From the human T2T-CHM13v2.0 reference genome, Homo sapiens: a stretch of DNA of 64,000 bases. The notes under the pieces were generated by a model. That model did no database searches, was not told where the DNA came from, and saw nothing but the letters and a program-made list of their open reading frames with translations. Below, piece after piece: positions 12,190 to 30,400 of this stretch. Made by a program: the position numbers and the translations under genes. The stretch's first letter is position 1. Each line of letters opens with the position of its first letter. Location: positions 20,768,001 through 20,832,000 of the forward strand of contig CP086569.2 in the NCBI GenBank assembly GCA_009914755.4, read 5' to 3'.

Positions 12190-14117
12190 ATACCAGAAAT
12201 TTTAAGAAGGATTAGTGCTAATCCTATTGAAACTATTTCAAAATGCTGAGAAAAAAAGAATTTTTCCTAACTAATTCTATAAAGCCAATATTATTACTCT
12301 GATATCCAAACCAGGAAAGGATATAAAAACAGAAAGCTACAGACAAATATTCTTTATCAACATGATTGCAAAAATTCTCAGGATACTAAGTTAACTGAAT
12401 CCAAGTGCACATCAATAAGATAAATACACCATAATCAAGTGGATTTTATTCAGGGATGCATAAATAATTTAACATACATTAACAGAAGGCAATAAAATAA
12501 TACCTTGCATAAACAGAATTAAAAACAAAAACCATATGATTATTTCAATAGATACAGAAAAGCATTGATATAATCCAGCATCCCTTTATGATAAAAACAC
12601 TTAACAAAGTAGGAATAAGAAAGATTTATCTAAAAAAAAGGGCCATATATGACAGGCCCACAGTAAACATTACATTGAATGGGGAAAAGTTGAAAGCATT
12701 TCCACTAGAACAAGACAATATGACCACTTTCATCACTTCTATTTAATATAGTACTGGATGTCATAGCCACAACAATCAGGCAAGTTAAATAAATAAAGGG
12801 CTTCCAAATTGGAAAAGAGGAAGTCACATGATTGCTTAGTTAACTATATGATTTTATACCTAGAAAACCATAAAGACATGATCAAGAGTCTGCTAAGTTT
12901 GATAAACAAATTAGGGAGTCTCAAGTTTCAAAATCAATATGCACAAATTGGTAGTACTTAAAAAGCAGTATGGATATGTATTAAAGAACTAAAAGTAGAT
13001 CTACCATTTTATCCAGTAGTCCTACTACTAGATAGCTACCCAAATGAAAATAAGTTATTATATTAAGAAGACAGCTGCACATGTATGTTTATTGTAGCAC
13101 AATTCACAATTGCAAGGACATGAAACCAACCTAAGCATTCACTGAGTCCATGAGTAGATAAAGTAAATATGGTATATACACACTGTAAAATACTACTCAG
13201 CCATAAAAAAATAATGTCTTTTGCAGCAACATTGATGGAGCATCAGATTTAACTTTCAGGCTATTATTCTAACTAAAATAACTCAGTAATAGAAAAAAAT
13301 GCCATATATTCTCAGTTATAGGTGGGAACTAAGCTATTGATATGCAAGGAAATACAGATAAATATAATGAATTATGAAAACAAAGAAAATGGAGGGTGAG
13401 AAACAAAACAAACTACATAATGTGTACAATGCATACTAATTTGGTGACGGGTACACTAAAATCTACTTCACCACTGTACAAGTCATTTATGTAGCAAAAA
13501 ACCTCTTGTACCCCCAAAGTTATTGAAATTAAAAACTTTTTAAAAAATAAAATGTATACTATACTACAAAGCAATAATATCCAAATGGCATACTAATACA
13601 AAAACAGACACATAGTTAAAAGAAACTTAATAGCAAACTCAGAGTCTATGCATTTACAGTCAAATAATTTTGACAAAGTACTCAAGGGTATACATTGAGG
13701 AAAGGACTATCTCTTAAACAAATGGTGCTGGGACAGCCAGTATTCATAAGCAGCAGAATGATACTAGATTGCTATCATTTGCCATATACAAAAATCCAGC
13801 TAAAAGAAATAAATACTTAAATTTAAGACACCAAAGGTAAAACAATAGAGGATCACATAAGAGAAACACATCACGACATCAGTCTATGAAAAGATATTGA
13901 TAAGATTAAAAAGCATAGCCAAGAAAAAAATACTCATGTAGGACCATATCAAACAAAAAGCTTCTACACTACAACAATTGACAGAAAAAATAAACCACTT
14001 ACAAAATGGGAAAAATATTTTCAAAGCAAAAAAAAAATCCTTTAAATTAAATATAGGAAAAAGTTTGAGCAGACTTTAAAAAAAAAAGGCAAATGTTTAA
14101 CAAGTTACATAATTTGC

Positions 14118-14458
14118 TTCTGTGTTCCCACCCAAATCTCATTTTGAATCCTAATCCCCATGTGTTGAATGAGAGACCTGGTAGAAGGTCATTGAATTTT
14201 AGGAGCATCTTCCCCATGCTGGGTTCTCGATATTGAGGGAGTTCTCACAAAATCTGATGGTTTATAAGTGGCAGTTTCCTTGGCACTTGCTTCTTTCTAC
14301 TGCCACCTTGAAAAGAATGTGCCAGCTTCCCCTTCCCCTTCTGCCATGATTGTAAGTTTCCTGAGGCTTCCCCAGCCATGTGAAACTGTGAATCAATTAA
14401 ACCTCTTTCCTTTATAAATTACTTAGTTTTAGGCAGTTCCTTACAGCAGTGAAAAAAA
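14118..14458 (+). mobile_element. MaLR (THE1/MST-type) LTR, 5'-truncated copy inserted in L1 ORF2
   Basis: ttcccacccaaatctcattttgaatcctaatccccatgtgttgaatgagagacctggtagaaggtcattgaat ... ctgccatgattgtaagtttcctgaggcttccccagccatgtgaaactgtgaatcaattaaacctctttcctttataaatt is the hallmark MaLR LTR sequence. L1 ORF2 is continuous on both sides. Confidence 0.75.
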
Positions 14459-15779
14459 GGACTTATGCAAGAAAGTACTTTAAAATTGATCAACATTATT
14501 ATCAGGGAAATGCATATTAACACTACAATAAAATATCTGTGTTAAAATGTGATATCTAAAAGTCAGACAAGAATAATAACTGTTGGAGAAGATGCAGAGG
14601 AAAGATAATTTTTATATATCTTTGGTGAAGTAAATTAGTAAAGCCATTTTTTAAATGAGTAAAAAAATTAACCCCCAAAATCAAATAGCATTAATATACA
14701 ATCTAGCAGTTACACTAATTGGTATTTAACCAAAGGAAAAAAATAGTATTTTGAAGTGATAGCTGCATCCCATGTTTATTTTAGCAATTTACAATATTTA
14801 TAAATATTTACAATATTGCTAATATATGGAATCAATCTAAATGCCAATCAAAAGATGAATGAATAAAGACAATGTGGTAAATACACATAATGTGATACTT
14901 TTCTGCCATTAAACAGGAATAAAATCTGTTCATTCATGGCAACATGAATGAGCCTGGTGGAAATACAATTAAGTTACATAAGTTTACCTACATATGTAGG
15001 AACCTTTAAAAAGTTGAGCTTATTAAAGTAGAGAGTAAATTGTGGCATGAGAAGAGTAGTGAGGAAGAAGAGATAGAAAAAGTTGTGTTAGTAAACACAC
15101 AATTATAGGTAGATAAGAGGAATTATTCTAGTGTTCTATAGGGATATAGAATGAAAATAGTTAATAATATATTGTATATTTTCTAATGTCTGGAAAGTAA
15201 GATTTTATATATCAATAGAAACACATAATAAAGGTTTGAGGTGAAGAATTATGCTAATTTCCAGGATATAATGTTGGACATTTTGTATGTGTACTAAGAC
15301 ATCCTTCAATACGTAAAAATATGTACAATTAGTACATGTCATGTAAAAATAAAAAACCTATGAAATAGATCTAAGAAATGTATAGAACATTTTATCCAAC
15401 AGCTGTATAATGGACATTCTTCTATTCTGTATACAGATTATTATCAAGAATAGACCATATGTCAGGCCACAAAAAAAGTCTTAAAAAACTCAAAACATTG
15501 AAATTATATCAAGTATGTTCTCTAACTGCAGTGAAATAAAACCAGAAATAAATAACAAGAGGAACTGTGTAAAGTATAGGAACATGAAAATTAATATGCT
15601 TTTAAATGAGTGGATTAATAAAAATGTTAAGATAAAGTACAAAATTTTTTTGAAGCAAATGAAATGGAAACTAGTATACAAAAACCTATAGAATACAGTG
15701 AATGCAGTATGCTATAAAATAAAAAAGATAGTAATAAGCACCTATATTTAAAAAGTAGAAAAGTTTCAAAGAACCTAAT

Positions 15780-16060
15780 GATGCATTTTTTCTTTTATTT
15801 TAGATTCAGAGGGTAAATGTATAAATTTCTTATATGGATATACTGTGTGATGCTGAGGTTTGGGGTTCAAATAATAATGTGACTCAGGTAGTAATTACAG
15901 TACCCAGTGGGTAGTTTTCCAGCCCTTTCCCCTCTCCCTGACTCCTTTCTTTAATGGCCTCCAGCGTCTAATTATTCTTCTCTTTATGATCCTATGTACT
16001 CAGTAATAAGTTGTGACCTATAACTGAGAATACACAGTATTTAGTTTGCTGTTTCTGCAA
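15780..16060 (-). mobile_element. Possible short inverted L1 3'-end fragment inside the L1 at 15440-18480
   Basis: gtaaatgtataaatttcttatatggatatactgtgtgatgctgaggtttggggttcaaataataatgtgactcaggtagtaattacagtacccagtgggtagttttccagccctttcccctc resembles the reverse complement of the L1 ORF2 C-terminal/3' region, a motif that also appears at 43620-43760. Confidence 0.4.
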
Positions 16061-17298
16061 TCATTTATTTAGGATAATGGCTTTCACTTGAGGCATCTTC
16101 AAGAACTAGAAGAACTAGAGCAAACCAAACAATAAAAACAATTGATTCTTTAAAACATGAACAAATATGATAACTGTTTACCTGGACTAAGAAAAAATAA
16201 AAAATACTCAAATAAAATGAAAAAATTAAGAAAAAGACATCTAATACCACAGAAATTTTAAAAAATTTCTTTGAATTTCAACAAGATATGCTGAATTTCA
16301 GCAGAATACATTGAAGTACTACATGCCAACTACGTAGAAAACTTAGAAAAAAATTGATAAATTACTAGACACCTAAAACCTACCAAAACTGACCAATGAA
16401 AAAATCCAAAACCTAAAGAGTAAATATTTTATAAAAGCTGTAGTGAAATGTCTTCTAGCAAAAGAAACAAACAAAAAATGAAAAAGCTGGGCCCTGATGG
16501 CTTCACTGCTGAATTTTACTAAACATATAAGAAATAACAATTCTACTCAAAGTATTATTAAAAAAAGAGAAGAAAATATTTTCAAATTTATTCTCTGAGG
16601 TTAGTATTACACTGATACTAAAACCAAAGGCACTCCATATTGAGAAAACTACAGATCAACATCTCTGATAATTATTGATACATAAATTTTTAACAAAATA
16701 TTAACAATTCAATAACACATTGTAAAATTATTCATGCACAAGTAGAATTAATCCCATATTAATAATAATGATTCAAAATAAGCAAATCAATTATGTGTTG
16801 TATCAGATTAACAGAATGAAGGACAGAAACTATATTATCATTTCAATTGATGCCAAAAAATTAATAAAATCCATTGCTTTATGATAAGAAAAAAAAACCT
16901 CAAAAACTGTATATGGAAAAACATAACACTGAAAGCCACACACAACAAATCCACAACTAATATCATAGTGAATGGAAAAAGACTTTCCTCTAATATGTAA
17001 AAATAGGAAAAATGTCCATATTCACCACTCTTATTCAAAACAATACTGGAAAGTCCTAGATAGAACAATTAGACAAATGAAAGAAATAAAGGATATTCTA
17101 ATTGAAAAGTAAGTCACATTTTCCTTGCTTGCAGGTGGTATAATCTGATAGTTGGAAAAATCTAAACACTCTACCAAAAATAATTAGAATTAAAAACAAA
17201 CTTAGAAAAGTTTCAGGAACAAATCAACATTCAAAAATTAGTGGCATTTGTATATGTTGATGATGAGGCATTTGAAAATCGAATTAAGAAAGTGATCA

Positions 17299-17572
17299 AG
17301 GTGGGGCATGGTGGCTCATGCCTGTAATCTCAGCACTTTGGGAGGCCAGGGTGGGTGGATCACGAGGTCAGGAGATTGAGACCACCCTGGCTAACATGGT
17401 GAAACCCCATCTCTACTAAAAAATAGAAAAAAAAACTAGCTGGGCATCGTGGCGAGCACCTGTAGTCCCAGCTACTCGGGAGGCTGAGGCAGAATGGCAT
17501 GAACCTGAGAAGCAGAGCTTGCAGTGAGCTGAGACTCCATCTCAAAAAAAAAAAAAAAAAAAGAAAGAAAGA
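17299..17572 (+). mobile_element. Alu SINE (young S/Y-like)
   Basis: ggtggggcatggtggctcatgcctgtaatctcagcactttgggaggccagggtgggtggatcacgaggtcaggagattgagaccaccctggctaacatggtgaaaccccatctctactaaaaa ... poly-A at 17541-17563. Confidence 0.92.
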
Positions 17573-17684
17573 TCCAATTCATTATAGCTACAAACAAAAT
17601 TAAGTACCTAAAAAATTTAACGAAAATAAGAAAAGAATCTCTACAATGAAAGCTCATAAAATATTGATGCAATAAATTGAAGCA

Positions 17685-17722
17685 AACACACACACACCAC
17701 ACACACACACACACACATACAC
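17685..17722. repeat. (CA)n microsatellite
   Basis: acacacacaccacacacacacacacacatacaca. Confidence 0.9.
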
Positions 17723-18899
17723 AAATGAAAACATTATTTCATATTTCTGGATTGGAAAAACACAATGCTATTAAAAGTAATGTACAGATTCAATGCAATA
17801 CCTGTCAAAAAAAATGACATTCTTCAAAGAGATAAAAAAACTTAACATTCATATGAAATCATGAAATATCCAGAAAAATTAAAATGGTTTTAAGCAAAAA
17901 TAATAATATTGAAGGAATAACATTGACTAAGTTTAAATTATGCTACATTATGGTAATCAAAATAACATGGAACTGGTATAAAAGTAGGCGCATTAGACAA
18001 ATGAAAATGACAGAGAAGCTGGAAATAAATTTGTACATGTAAACTGAACTTATTTTAAACAAAGGTGCCAAGATCATGCATTGTGGAAAGGATACTCTCT
18101 TTATTTAATAGTGCTGGGAAAACTTAATATCTATATGCAGAAGAAGAAAACTAGACCTGTATCATGGTGTACAAAAATAAAATCAAAATAAATTAAATAT
18201 TTACATCTCATATTTCAAATTTTAAAACTACTAAAACAAAACACTGAAGAAATCTCTTTATGGCATTGGTCTGAGTAAAGATTTCTTGGTAAATCTGAGG
18301 AAAAGTTGCCTCCCAAAAATGGAAGAATGGGATTATATCAAATTAAAGAGATTTTGCTTAATATTTCTTATTAAAATAATAAGCAATATTATTTTAAATT
18401 ATGTTTAATAGGCAATATTAAGAGATAATCCATAAAATGAAAAAAATGTATTTGCAAATGATCCATTTGACAAGAAAGCTGAGAACCCTGCATGGGGCTA
18501 CAATACACCAGAACTTGTTCCCAGCTCCCACAGACTCCTGGGGGAAGTGGTAAATTTAGCAAGGTAGGAGCAAACTGCTGTCATCATGGATATCAGAAAT
18601 CTTGGAAGCAGAAGACTGCAGGACACACAGACACTTGAGTTGGAAAAGAGAGCTGCTTAGAGGGGTATCAGAGCAGAAACCAGAGAGTTTTTATGAGACC
18701 ATCATAGTAGAGCATGACCAGTGACACTGATCCACCAAGGCTTTCCTTGTTCCCTGAGGAGTCTATAGACTTAAGGCAACTGAAAGAACTAAACAGAGTT
18801 TAGCAGAATAGAATTAATTTTGCCCATGAAATGAAGCTTGTAAAACCTAAGTGCTCCCCTTTGGTTTAATACTTACAACCTGGCTCTTCTGGGGTACCA

Positions 18900-19500
18900 G
18901 CATGGCTGTGGCTGCTTACATTGTGGCCTAAGGGCCCACTGCAGTGCCTCCTGGGTGTTACATAATAGCTCCAGCACTAGAAGAGCATGTCAGACTATCA
19001 GAGAGCTCCAGCACAGCATCCCCCACTGAAACACAAAAAGTCACCCACACTGTCCCTGATAGAAGCTTCCCTGTGACACTTTGCTGGCAGAAACATACTC
19101 ATGGCCATCCTCTACATTGTTATGCTGGTGCACATGCATATAGGTGAACATTTTATTTCCTTCATCACCTATGTGCATGTGCAGATGCAACCCACTGTGA
19201 CACTTCTGCCAGCATGAGTAAACCCTACATGCCCTGCAGCATCACCATTGCCATAGTAAACCTGTACATAAACACCAGTGCTTTCACTCCCAAGCTGCAT
19301 ACCAACTGGTTCCTGTGTGAATACACACATGGAGGGTGCCTGCCTCATGCCCACCAGTGCTTACATCTGTACCAACAATGCCACTGTTGTGAACATATGC
19401 ACAGACCCTGGAAGCCCCACTCACACTGATGCCACATAGCTATGCTGCTGCTGAGAACACCTGCACAGAGGCTGGCCATCCTACACACATCAGCACTCTT
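18900..19500. repeat. Degenerate tandem and inverted repeat array, unclassified. It may be the tandem-repeat part of an old L1 5'UTR belonging to the L1 whose ORF1 starts near 21470
   Basis: Reiterated motifs tgtgacactt(t/c)..ctg(g/c)cag..cat(a/g)(c/a)tcatgg, ...cacagaggctggccatcctacacacatcag..., and local inversions. The His/Cys-rich ORFs here are repeat artefacts. Confidence 0.35.
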
Positions 19501-20039
19501 TCTTAGCCTCTGAGCATGCACCCCATTGTACTGCTGCTATGGCTGGCACTTGCAAATAAGCAGAAATCTCACCGCCATCGTGTAATGAACTGTTTTGCCT
19601 CAGACTATCTACCAGTGTTATGACCAGTGGCCTAGGAGCACAGTAGTCCCTGCAGTACAGCAGATTCCTATCCTTGAAAGACAAGAGGAAAAAGCTGGGG
19701 CCCAATATCAGCCCTCCAGAATTACAGTATGCAGTCCAAGAATCCTGGAATAAACCTTGACCCGCTAGAATATTCTGGAAGTTAAGTCAGTGAACTAACC
19801 ATACCATATGCCAAAATCAAATCCCTAGAGACACCAAAAAATATAAAAGAAAAAAGTTCAAAAAACAAGCTACTTCAAAGATTGTAGGAACTACAATCCA
19901 TAAAGTTGATAAAGATCTAGTGCATTATCTCTGGCAAGTATAAAGCCACAGGCGACTTACTTTCCTACAAACACACTGATTCTCCAAAAATGGTTCTTAA
20001 CCAGGCTGAAATGGCTGAAATACCAGAAATAAATTTCAG

Positions 20040-21430
20040 AATGTAGATAGAAAGGAATATTATCAAGATTTATTCAGCCTTAACCCCTTTAAAAACTCAT
20101 TCTATTTTTACATTTCAAATCCAATGCCTTCTCAACAGTTTTCCACAGTCTTAACTTATTCCAGCATTAACTCAAAAGTCCAAGTTTAAGGTCTTAACTG
20201 AGACAAGGCAAGTCTCTTCTGCCTATAAGTATGTAAAATGAAAAACAAGTTTGTTACTTTCAAAATACAATTGGGGATACAGGCAATAAATAAATGTTTG
20301 CATTCCAAATGGGAGAAATTGCTCAAAAGAAAGGGACCACAGGCCCCATGAAAGTACAAATTTGGGCAGTCATTAAATCTTAAAGCTCCAAATCTTTGAC
20401 TCTATATCTCCCATTCAGGGCATGTTGCTGCAAGGGTTGTCTCCCACAGTCTTGGGCAGCTCCACCTCTCTGGCCCTGCAAGGTATAGTTTCTGTGGCTG
20501 TTTTCACAAGCCGGTATTGAGTGTCTGTGGATTTTTTGGGTGCTTTGTGCAAGTTGTCAGATGATTTAAATTTTGGGGTCTGGGAATGGTGGCCTTCTTC
20601 TTATACTTCCACTATGCAGTGCTCCAGTGGGGACCCTGTGTGGCAGCTATGTCCCACATTTGTTTTCCTACACTGTCCTAGAAGAGGTTCTCCAAGTGAG
20701 CTCTGTTTTTGCAGTAGACTTCTGCCTAGATATCCAAGCATTTCAATTTATTCTCTGAAATCTGGGCAGAGGTTCCTAAATCTCAACTTGCCTTCTGTCC
20801 ACTCACAGTTCAAACATCACATGGAAGCCACCAATTCTTGGGGCTTGCGTTCTCTGATCCACTGGCCTGAGCTGTACCTTGGCCCCTTTCAGCCATGGTT
20901 GGAGCTGAAGCAGCTGGGATGCAGGGTACAAAGTCCTGAAGCTGCACAGAGCAGTGGGGCTCTGGGTCTGGTGAATGAAACCACTTTTCCCTCTTAGGCA
21001 TTCAGGTCTGTGATTGGAGACGCTGCCATGAAGGTCTCTAAGATGTCCTGGAAATATTTTTTTCCTTTTTCTTGGGTATTAGCATTTGACACCTTCTGCA
21101 TGGTTGGGAGGACTTATAAATCTTACAATTATGGCAGAAGGTAAAAGGAAACAAGCATCTTCTTCACAAGATGGGAGAAGAGAAACACAGAAAGAGCAGG
21201 GGAAACTCCTACTTTTAAGCTATTATATCTCATGAAAACTCTCTCACTATCATGAAAACAGCATGGCGGAAGCAACCCTATGATCCAATCACTTCCCATC
21301 AGATCCCTCCTTTGACATATGGGCATACCTATAAAAGATAAAATTTGCGTGGGGACACAGAGAAAAGCTATATCAATTGGCATAACTGAAAGAGAGGAAG
21401 AGAAACCAAGCAACTTGGAAAACATGTTTT
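20040..21430 (-). mobile_element. MaLR element (THE1/MST-type) on the - strand: partial internal sequence (20040-21050) plus 5' LTR (21050-21430). The 3' LTR is missing
   Basis: The reverse complement of 21100-21430 reads tgatatagcttttctctgtgtccccacgcaaatt..., the canonical MaLR LTR start (TGATATGGTTTGGCTGTGTCCCCACCCAAATCTCA). The reverse complement of 20040-21050 matches MaLR internal motifs (gagctgcccaagactgtgggag..., ggagctttaagatttaatgactgcc..., gaatgcaaacatttat..., gagttaatgctggaataagttaagactg...). Confidence 0.7.
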
Positions 21431-22009
21431 AGAATATCAACTAGAAATATATTTTCAACCTATCTATAGAGGACAACATTGAAATTCAAAAAATGCAGAG
21501 AACCCCAGTGAAGTACTACATAAGAAGACTATCCCCAAGATACATAGTCATTAGAATCTCTCATATCAAAATGAAAGGAAAAATGTTAAAGGCAGCTAGA
21601 GATAAGAAACAGGACACCTACAAAGAAAACTGCATTGGGCTATTACAGACATTTTGGCAGATATTGACAAGCCACACCATTTTCAGGGCCTATATTCAAA
21701 ATTACTGAAGAAAATAATTTTCACACAATAATTTTATATCTAGACAAATTAAGCTTCCTTATTGATTATAATTCTTTCAGACAAGCAAATGCTAAAAGAA
21801 CTCACTATCAATAGACCTGTTTTAAAAGAGGTTGTGAATAAAGTGCTAAATGTAAAAAGAAAAGGCCATAATGGCCACTCTAGAAACAAACTAAAGTTCA
21901 TGTACCAGTGATACTAAAAAGCAGCCACACAAACAAGTCTGCATAATAACCAGCCAACAGAATATCAACAGGATCAAAATGAGGACTAACTTCTGATATT
22001 TTATCTTAT

Positions 22010-22700
22010 TCAAATTCCTACCTAGGGAGTCTAGAGAGCCATGCCCTACAAACCATAAATTCGCATCATATGGGCTTTATTTGACCCTACATATTGTGGC
22101 TTACTTTTCAATCTGACTCTACCATAACATTATAAAACAAGAAAAAAATATTTAACCCCAAAATATATTTCCTTGCCATATCTTGATATTACCCTGCAAA
22201 CTCCCTTGTGGGAAAAATCTGCATTCTATAGCATATTCCCTACCCCTTTGTTTTTCTTCCTTTCTTTTCAGATCCAGGAGATAATCAACTAAGAGCTGGA
22301 CACCATTTTGGGTCTAATAAGAAACATTTTACAACCTGTTCTCTCTCTGAAGTCTGCTACCTGACAGCTTCCTCTGCACAATGAAACTTCTTCCCCAAAA
22401 TTCTTTATCTTAACCTGAACATTCCTTTCCATTAATCCCAGGTCTTCAGATTAACTCAACCAACTGTCAAACAGAAAATGTTTAAATTTTCCTGTAGTCT
22501 GGAAACCCCTGCTTTGAAATATCCTGGCTTTCTTAAAGAAACCAATGTATTTCTTGCATGTATTTGATTTATGTCTCAGCCTCCCTAAAATATGTAAAAC
22601 CAAGCTATACCCTGATCATCTTGGGCACATGTTCTCAGACCTCCTGAGGGCTTTGTCATAGGCCATGGTCACTCATATTTGGCTCAAAATAAACCTCTAA
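22010..22700 (+). mobile_element. Probable solo LTR or other insertion interrupting L1 (unclassified)
   Basis: It breaks L1 continuity and contains TATA-like (cctaaaatatgtaaaacc) and AATAAA (ggctcaaaataaacctc) signals in LTR-like order. No family assignment is possible from memory. Confidence 0.3.
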
Positions 22701-22926
22701 AAATATTTTGCAGAGTTTGACTCTTTTCATCAATAAAATCCACAGGTATCAATACTATGCTTGAAGGTAAATGGGCTAAATGCACCACTTCAAAGACACA
22801 GAGTGGCAAACTGAATAAGAAAAGCAAGATCCATTGGTATGCAGTGTTTGAGAGGCTCATCTCACATGCAATGACACCCAAAAGTTCAAAATAAAAAGAT
22901 ACAGAATAATATACTATGCAAATGGC

Positions 22927-22927
<1 letters not shown>

Positions 22928-22959
<32 letters not shown>

Positions 22960-22995
22960 ACAACCAATCAATACCACCACCACCAACAACAAAAA
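22928..22995. repeat. (CAA)n / (CAC)n microsatellite
   Basis: caacaacaacaacaacaacaacaacaacaaacaaccaatcaataccaccaccaccaacaacaaaaaa. Confidence 0.9.
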
Positions 22996-25056
22996 ATGAT
23001 GGTTTCTCTCCTAATTTCAGGCAAAATGGAATATAAATCAACAGAGATATTGAAAGGCAAAGAAGGACATTACATAATGAATGGTAAGGAGCTCAATATG
23101 AACATGACCCAGCCGTGTTAACCCCACTCAGGGGTGCCCGGATTTATTAAATAAGTTATTAGAGGTCTACAAAAAGACTTACATAACTACCCAATAAAAA
23201 TGAAATATTTAAACACTCTACAGGAAGTATTAGACAGATATTTCAGACAAAAAAGCCAACAAAAATATTCAGGACATGAACTCAACAGTTGACAAAATGG
23301 ACCTAATAATCATCTACAGAACTCTCACCCCAAAACAACAGATAATACATTATTGTCATCTGCTTATGACACATACCTTAAAATTGACCACAGAATTAGG
23401 CATAAAACAATAATCAGAAAATTACAAAAAAGTATTTACCCACCAGACTAAAACCACAGCACAATGAAAATATAAATTAATTCTAAGAAAATAGCTCAAA
23501 ATATTATATGTGTATATATATAGAAATTAAATTACTATATTAATTAAATTAAATTACTCTTGAATGACTTCTAGGTAAATCATAAAATTGAGGCAGAAAT
23601 AAGGAATTTTTCTGGAACTATGAGAACAAAGATAAGACATACAAGAATCTCTAGCACATCAGGAAAGCAGTCTTAAAAGGGACATTTATAGCACTAAATG
23701 CTCACATTTAAAAGTTACAAATATCTCAAATAAACAACTTAACTAAACAACTAGAGGAACTAAAGAAACAAGAACAAACCAGCCCCAAAGCCAGTAGAAG
23801 AAAGAAATGATTGAAATCAGAGCTGAACTGATAGAACTTGAAATGGGAAAAGCATTAAAATGAATGATAAATTTAGCAGCTGATGTTTTGAATAAATTAA
23901 TAAAATTAATAAACTGTTAGCTACACTAATGATAAAAAAACAGAATATGCAAATAAACACAATAAATGACAAATTAACATTACCAGTAACACCACATAAA
24001 TACTTTTAAAAATTCAAACATACCACTGTAAATACCTTCATGCACACTCAAGATAGAGCTATTAAAGCTAGAAATAGGTAAATTTCTGGAAACATGAAAA
24101 CCTACAAGAATAAATGTGGAAACAATTGAAACTTTGAACTACAGTACCTTTTCAAATTAAACCAGTAATGGAAAGGCTATTAAACCAAAAAATCTAATGA
24201 TCAGATGGATTGATAGCCAAATTATGCCAGATGCATAAAGAACACCTAGCACGTTCCTTTTTAAACTATAAGACAAGCATCATTTTGATACCAAAATCCT
24301 GGCAGAGAAAACAACAAAACATTATCAGGCCAATATTTTTGATAAAGATGCAACTGTTCTCAACAAAATACTAGAAAACAAATACAGCAGCACATCAAAA
24401 AGATAATCGATATTGTTAAAGTTAACTTTATCCTGAGACAATAATTTTGTTCAACATATGCAAATTGATAAATGTGATTTATCATATAACAAAACTAAAG
24501 TAAAAAAACCACATGATCATTTCAATAGATGCTGCAAAGTCCTTTGAAATAATTCAATATCACTTTATATAAAAACCATAGAGAAACTAGGAATTGAAGA
24601 AACATACCTCAAAGTAATAATAGCTAACTATGACAAATAGCCAACATTATACTGAATGAGTGAAAGCTGAAATATTTTCCCTTAAGAAAAGAAACAAGAC
24701 AAAAATACTTCCTGTCATCCAGTGTATTCAACATAGTACTTAACATTTTAGTCAGAGTAATAAGGCAAGAGAATAAAATAAAAGGCAAGTGAAGATACAA
24801 AACCAATGTACAAAAATCACTAGCATTTGTATAAACAACAGTCAAGCTGAGAGAGAAATAAGAAACACAATTACATTTACAATTGCAGCAAAAAAAAAAA
24901 AAAATCTAGGAATATACTTCTCCAGGGAGGTAAAAGACCTCTACATTGAAAACAATAATACACTGCTCAAAAAAATTAATGATGACACACAGAATTGAAA
25001 AAATCTTATGCTCATATATAGGAAGTAGCAGTATGACCATTTTAATAATATTTATA

Positions 25057-30400
<5,344 letters not shown>

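Larger units (their letters stand above)
3650..15440 (+). mobile_element. Ancient L1 (L1M/L1PB-like), 5'-truncated, with four nested insertions (LTR12 fragment, Alu, class II ERV provirus, MaLR LTR fragment)
   Basis: L1 ORF1-like frames at 4860-5200. The ORF2 endonuclease region at 5560-7063 ends ...PDRFTADIYQ. ORF2 resumes in the same frame right after the provirus (KF*EGLVLILLKLFQ... = L1 '...FYQTFKEELIPILLKLFQ'), carries the RT motifs (HMIISIDAEKAFDKIQHPFM-like), and continues to about aa 1000 at 14095. It then resumes at 14458 ([28 protein letters not shown]) through the 3' region. Confidence 0.75.
15440..18480 (+). mobile_element. L1 element, ORF2 region (EN through RT to about aa 1000), 3'-truncated
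   Basis: DRPYVRPQKKSLKKLK... (L1 endonuclease/'Z' region), RT-domain peptides, and the NNPIKKWAKD-like region at its end. It is interrupted by an Alu at 17299-17572 and carries a (CA)n repeat. Confidence 0.7.
21440..25040 (+). mobile_element. L1 element (ORF1 C-terminus at 21470-21900 and ORF2 EN/RT through about 25040), older subfamily
   Basis: ORF1-like FTDKQMLKELTINRPVLKEVVNKVLNVKRKGH. ORF2 EN motifs (dlidiyrtlhpk..., tytffssahgtfskidhilghk-like at 23270-23400) and RT motifs (FNIVLNILVRVIRQENKIKGK...AFVYTNSQAEREIRNTITFTIAAKKKK) at 24700-24990. An LTR-like insertion lies at 22010-22700. Confidence 0.7.

Noticed and set aside
18944-19429. His/Cys-rich short ORFs (resembling a metal-binding or zinc-finger protein)
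   Set aside because: They are produced by reiterated 'cacatg / catgcac / tgtgcacatgca' units of a degenerate tandem or inverted repeat. There is no spacing pattern of a real C2H2 or RING domain.
20521-20997. 158-aa ORF on the + strand as a possible gene
   Set aside because: It sits in the reverse complement of the MaLR internal region (a minus-strand element), so it is antisense to a degenerate retroelement. Its position in the homologous second copy (46950-47880) is not open.
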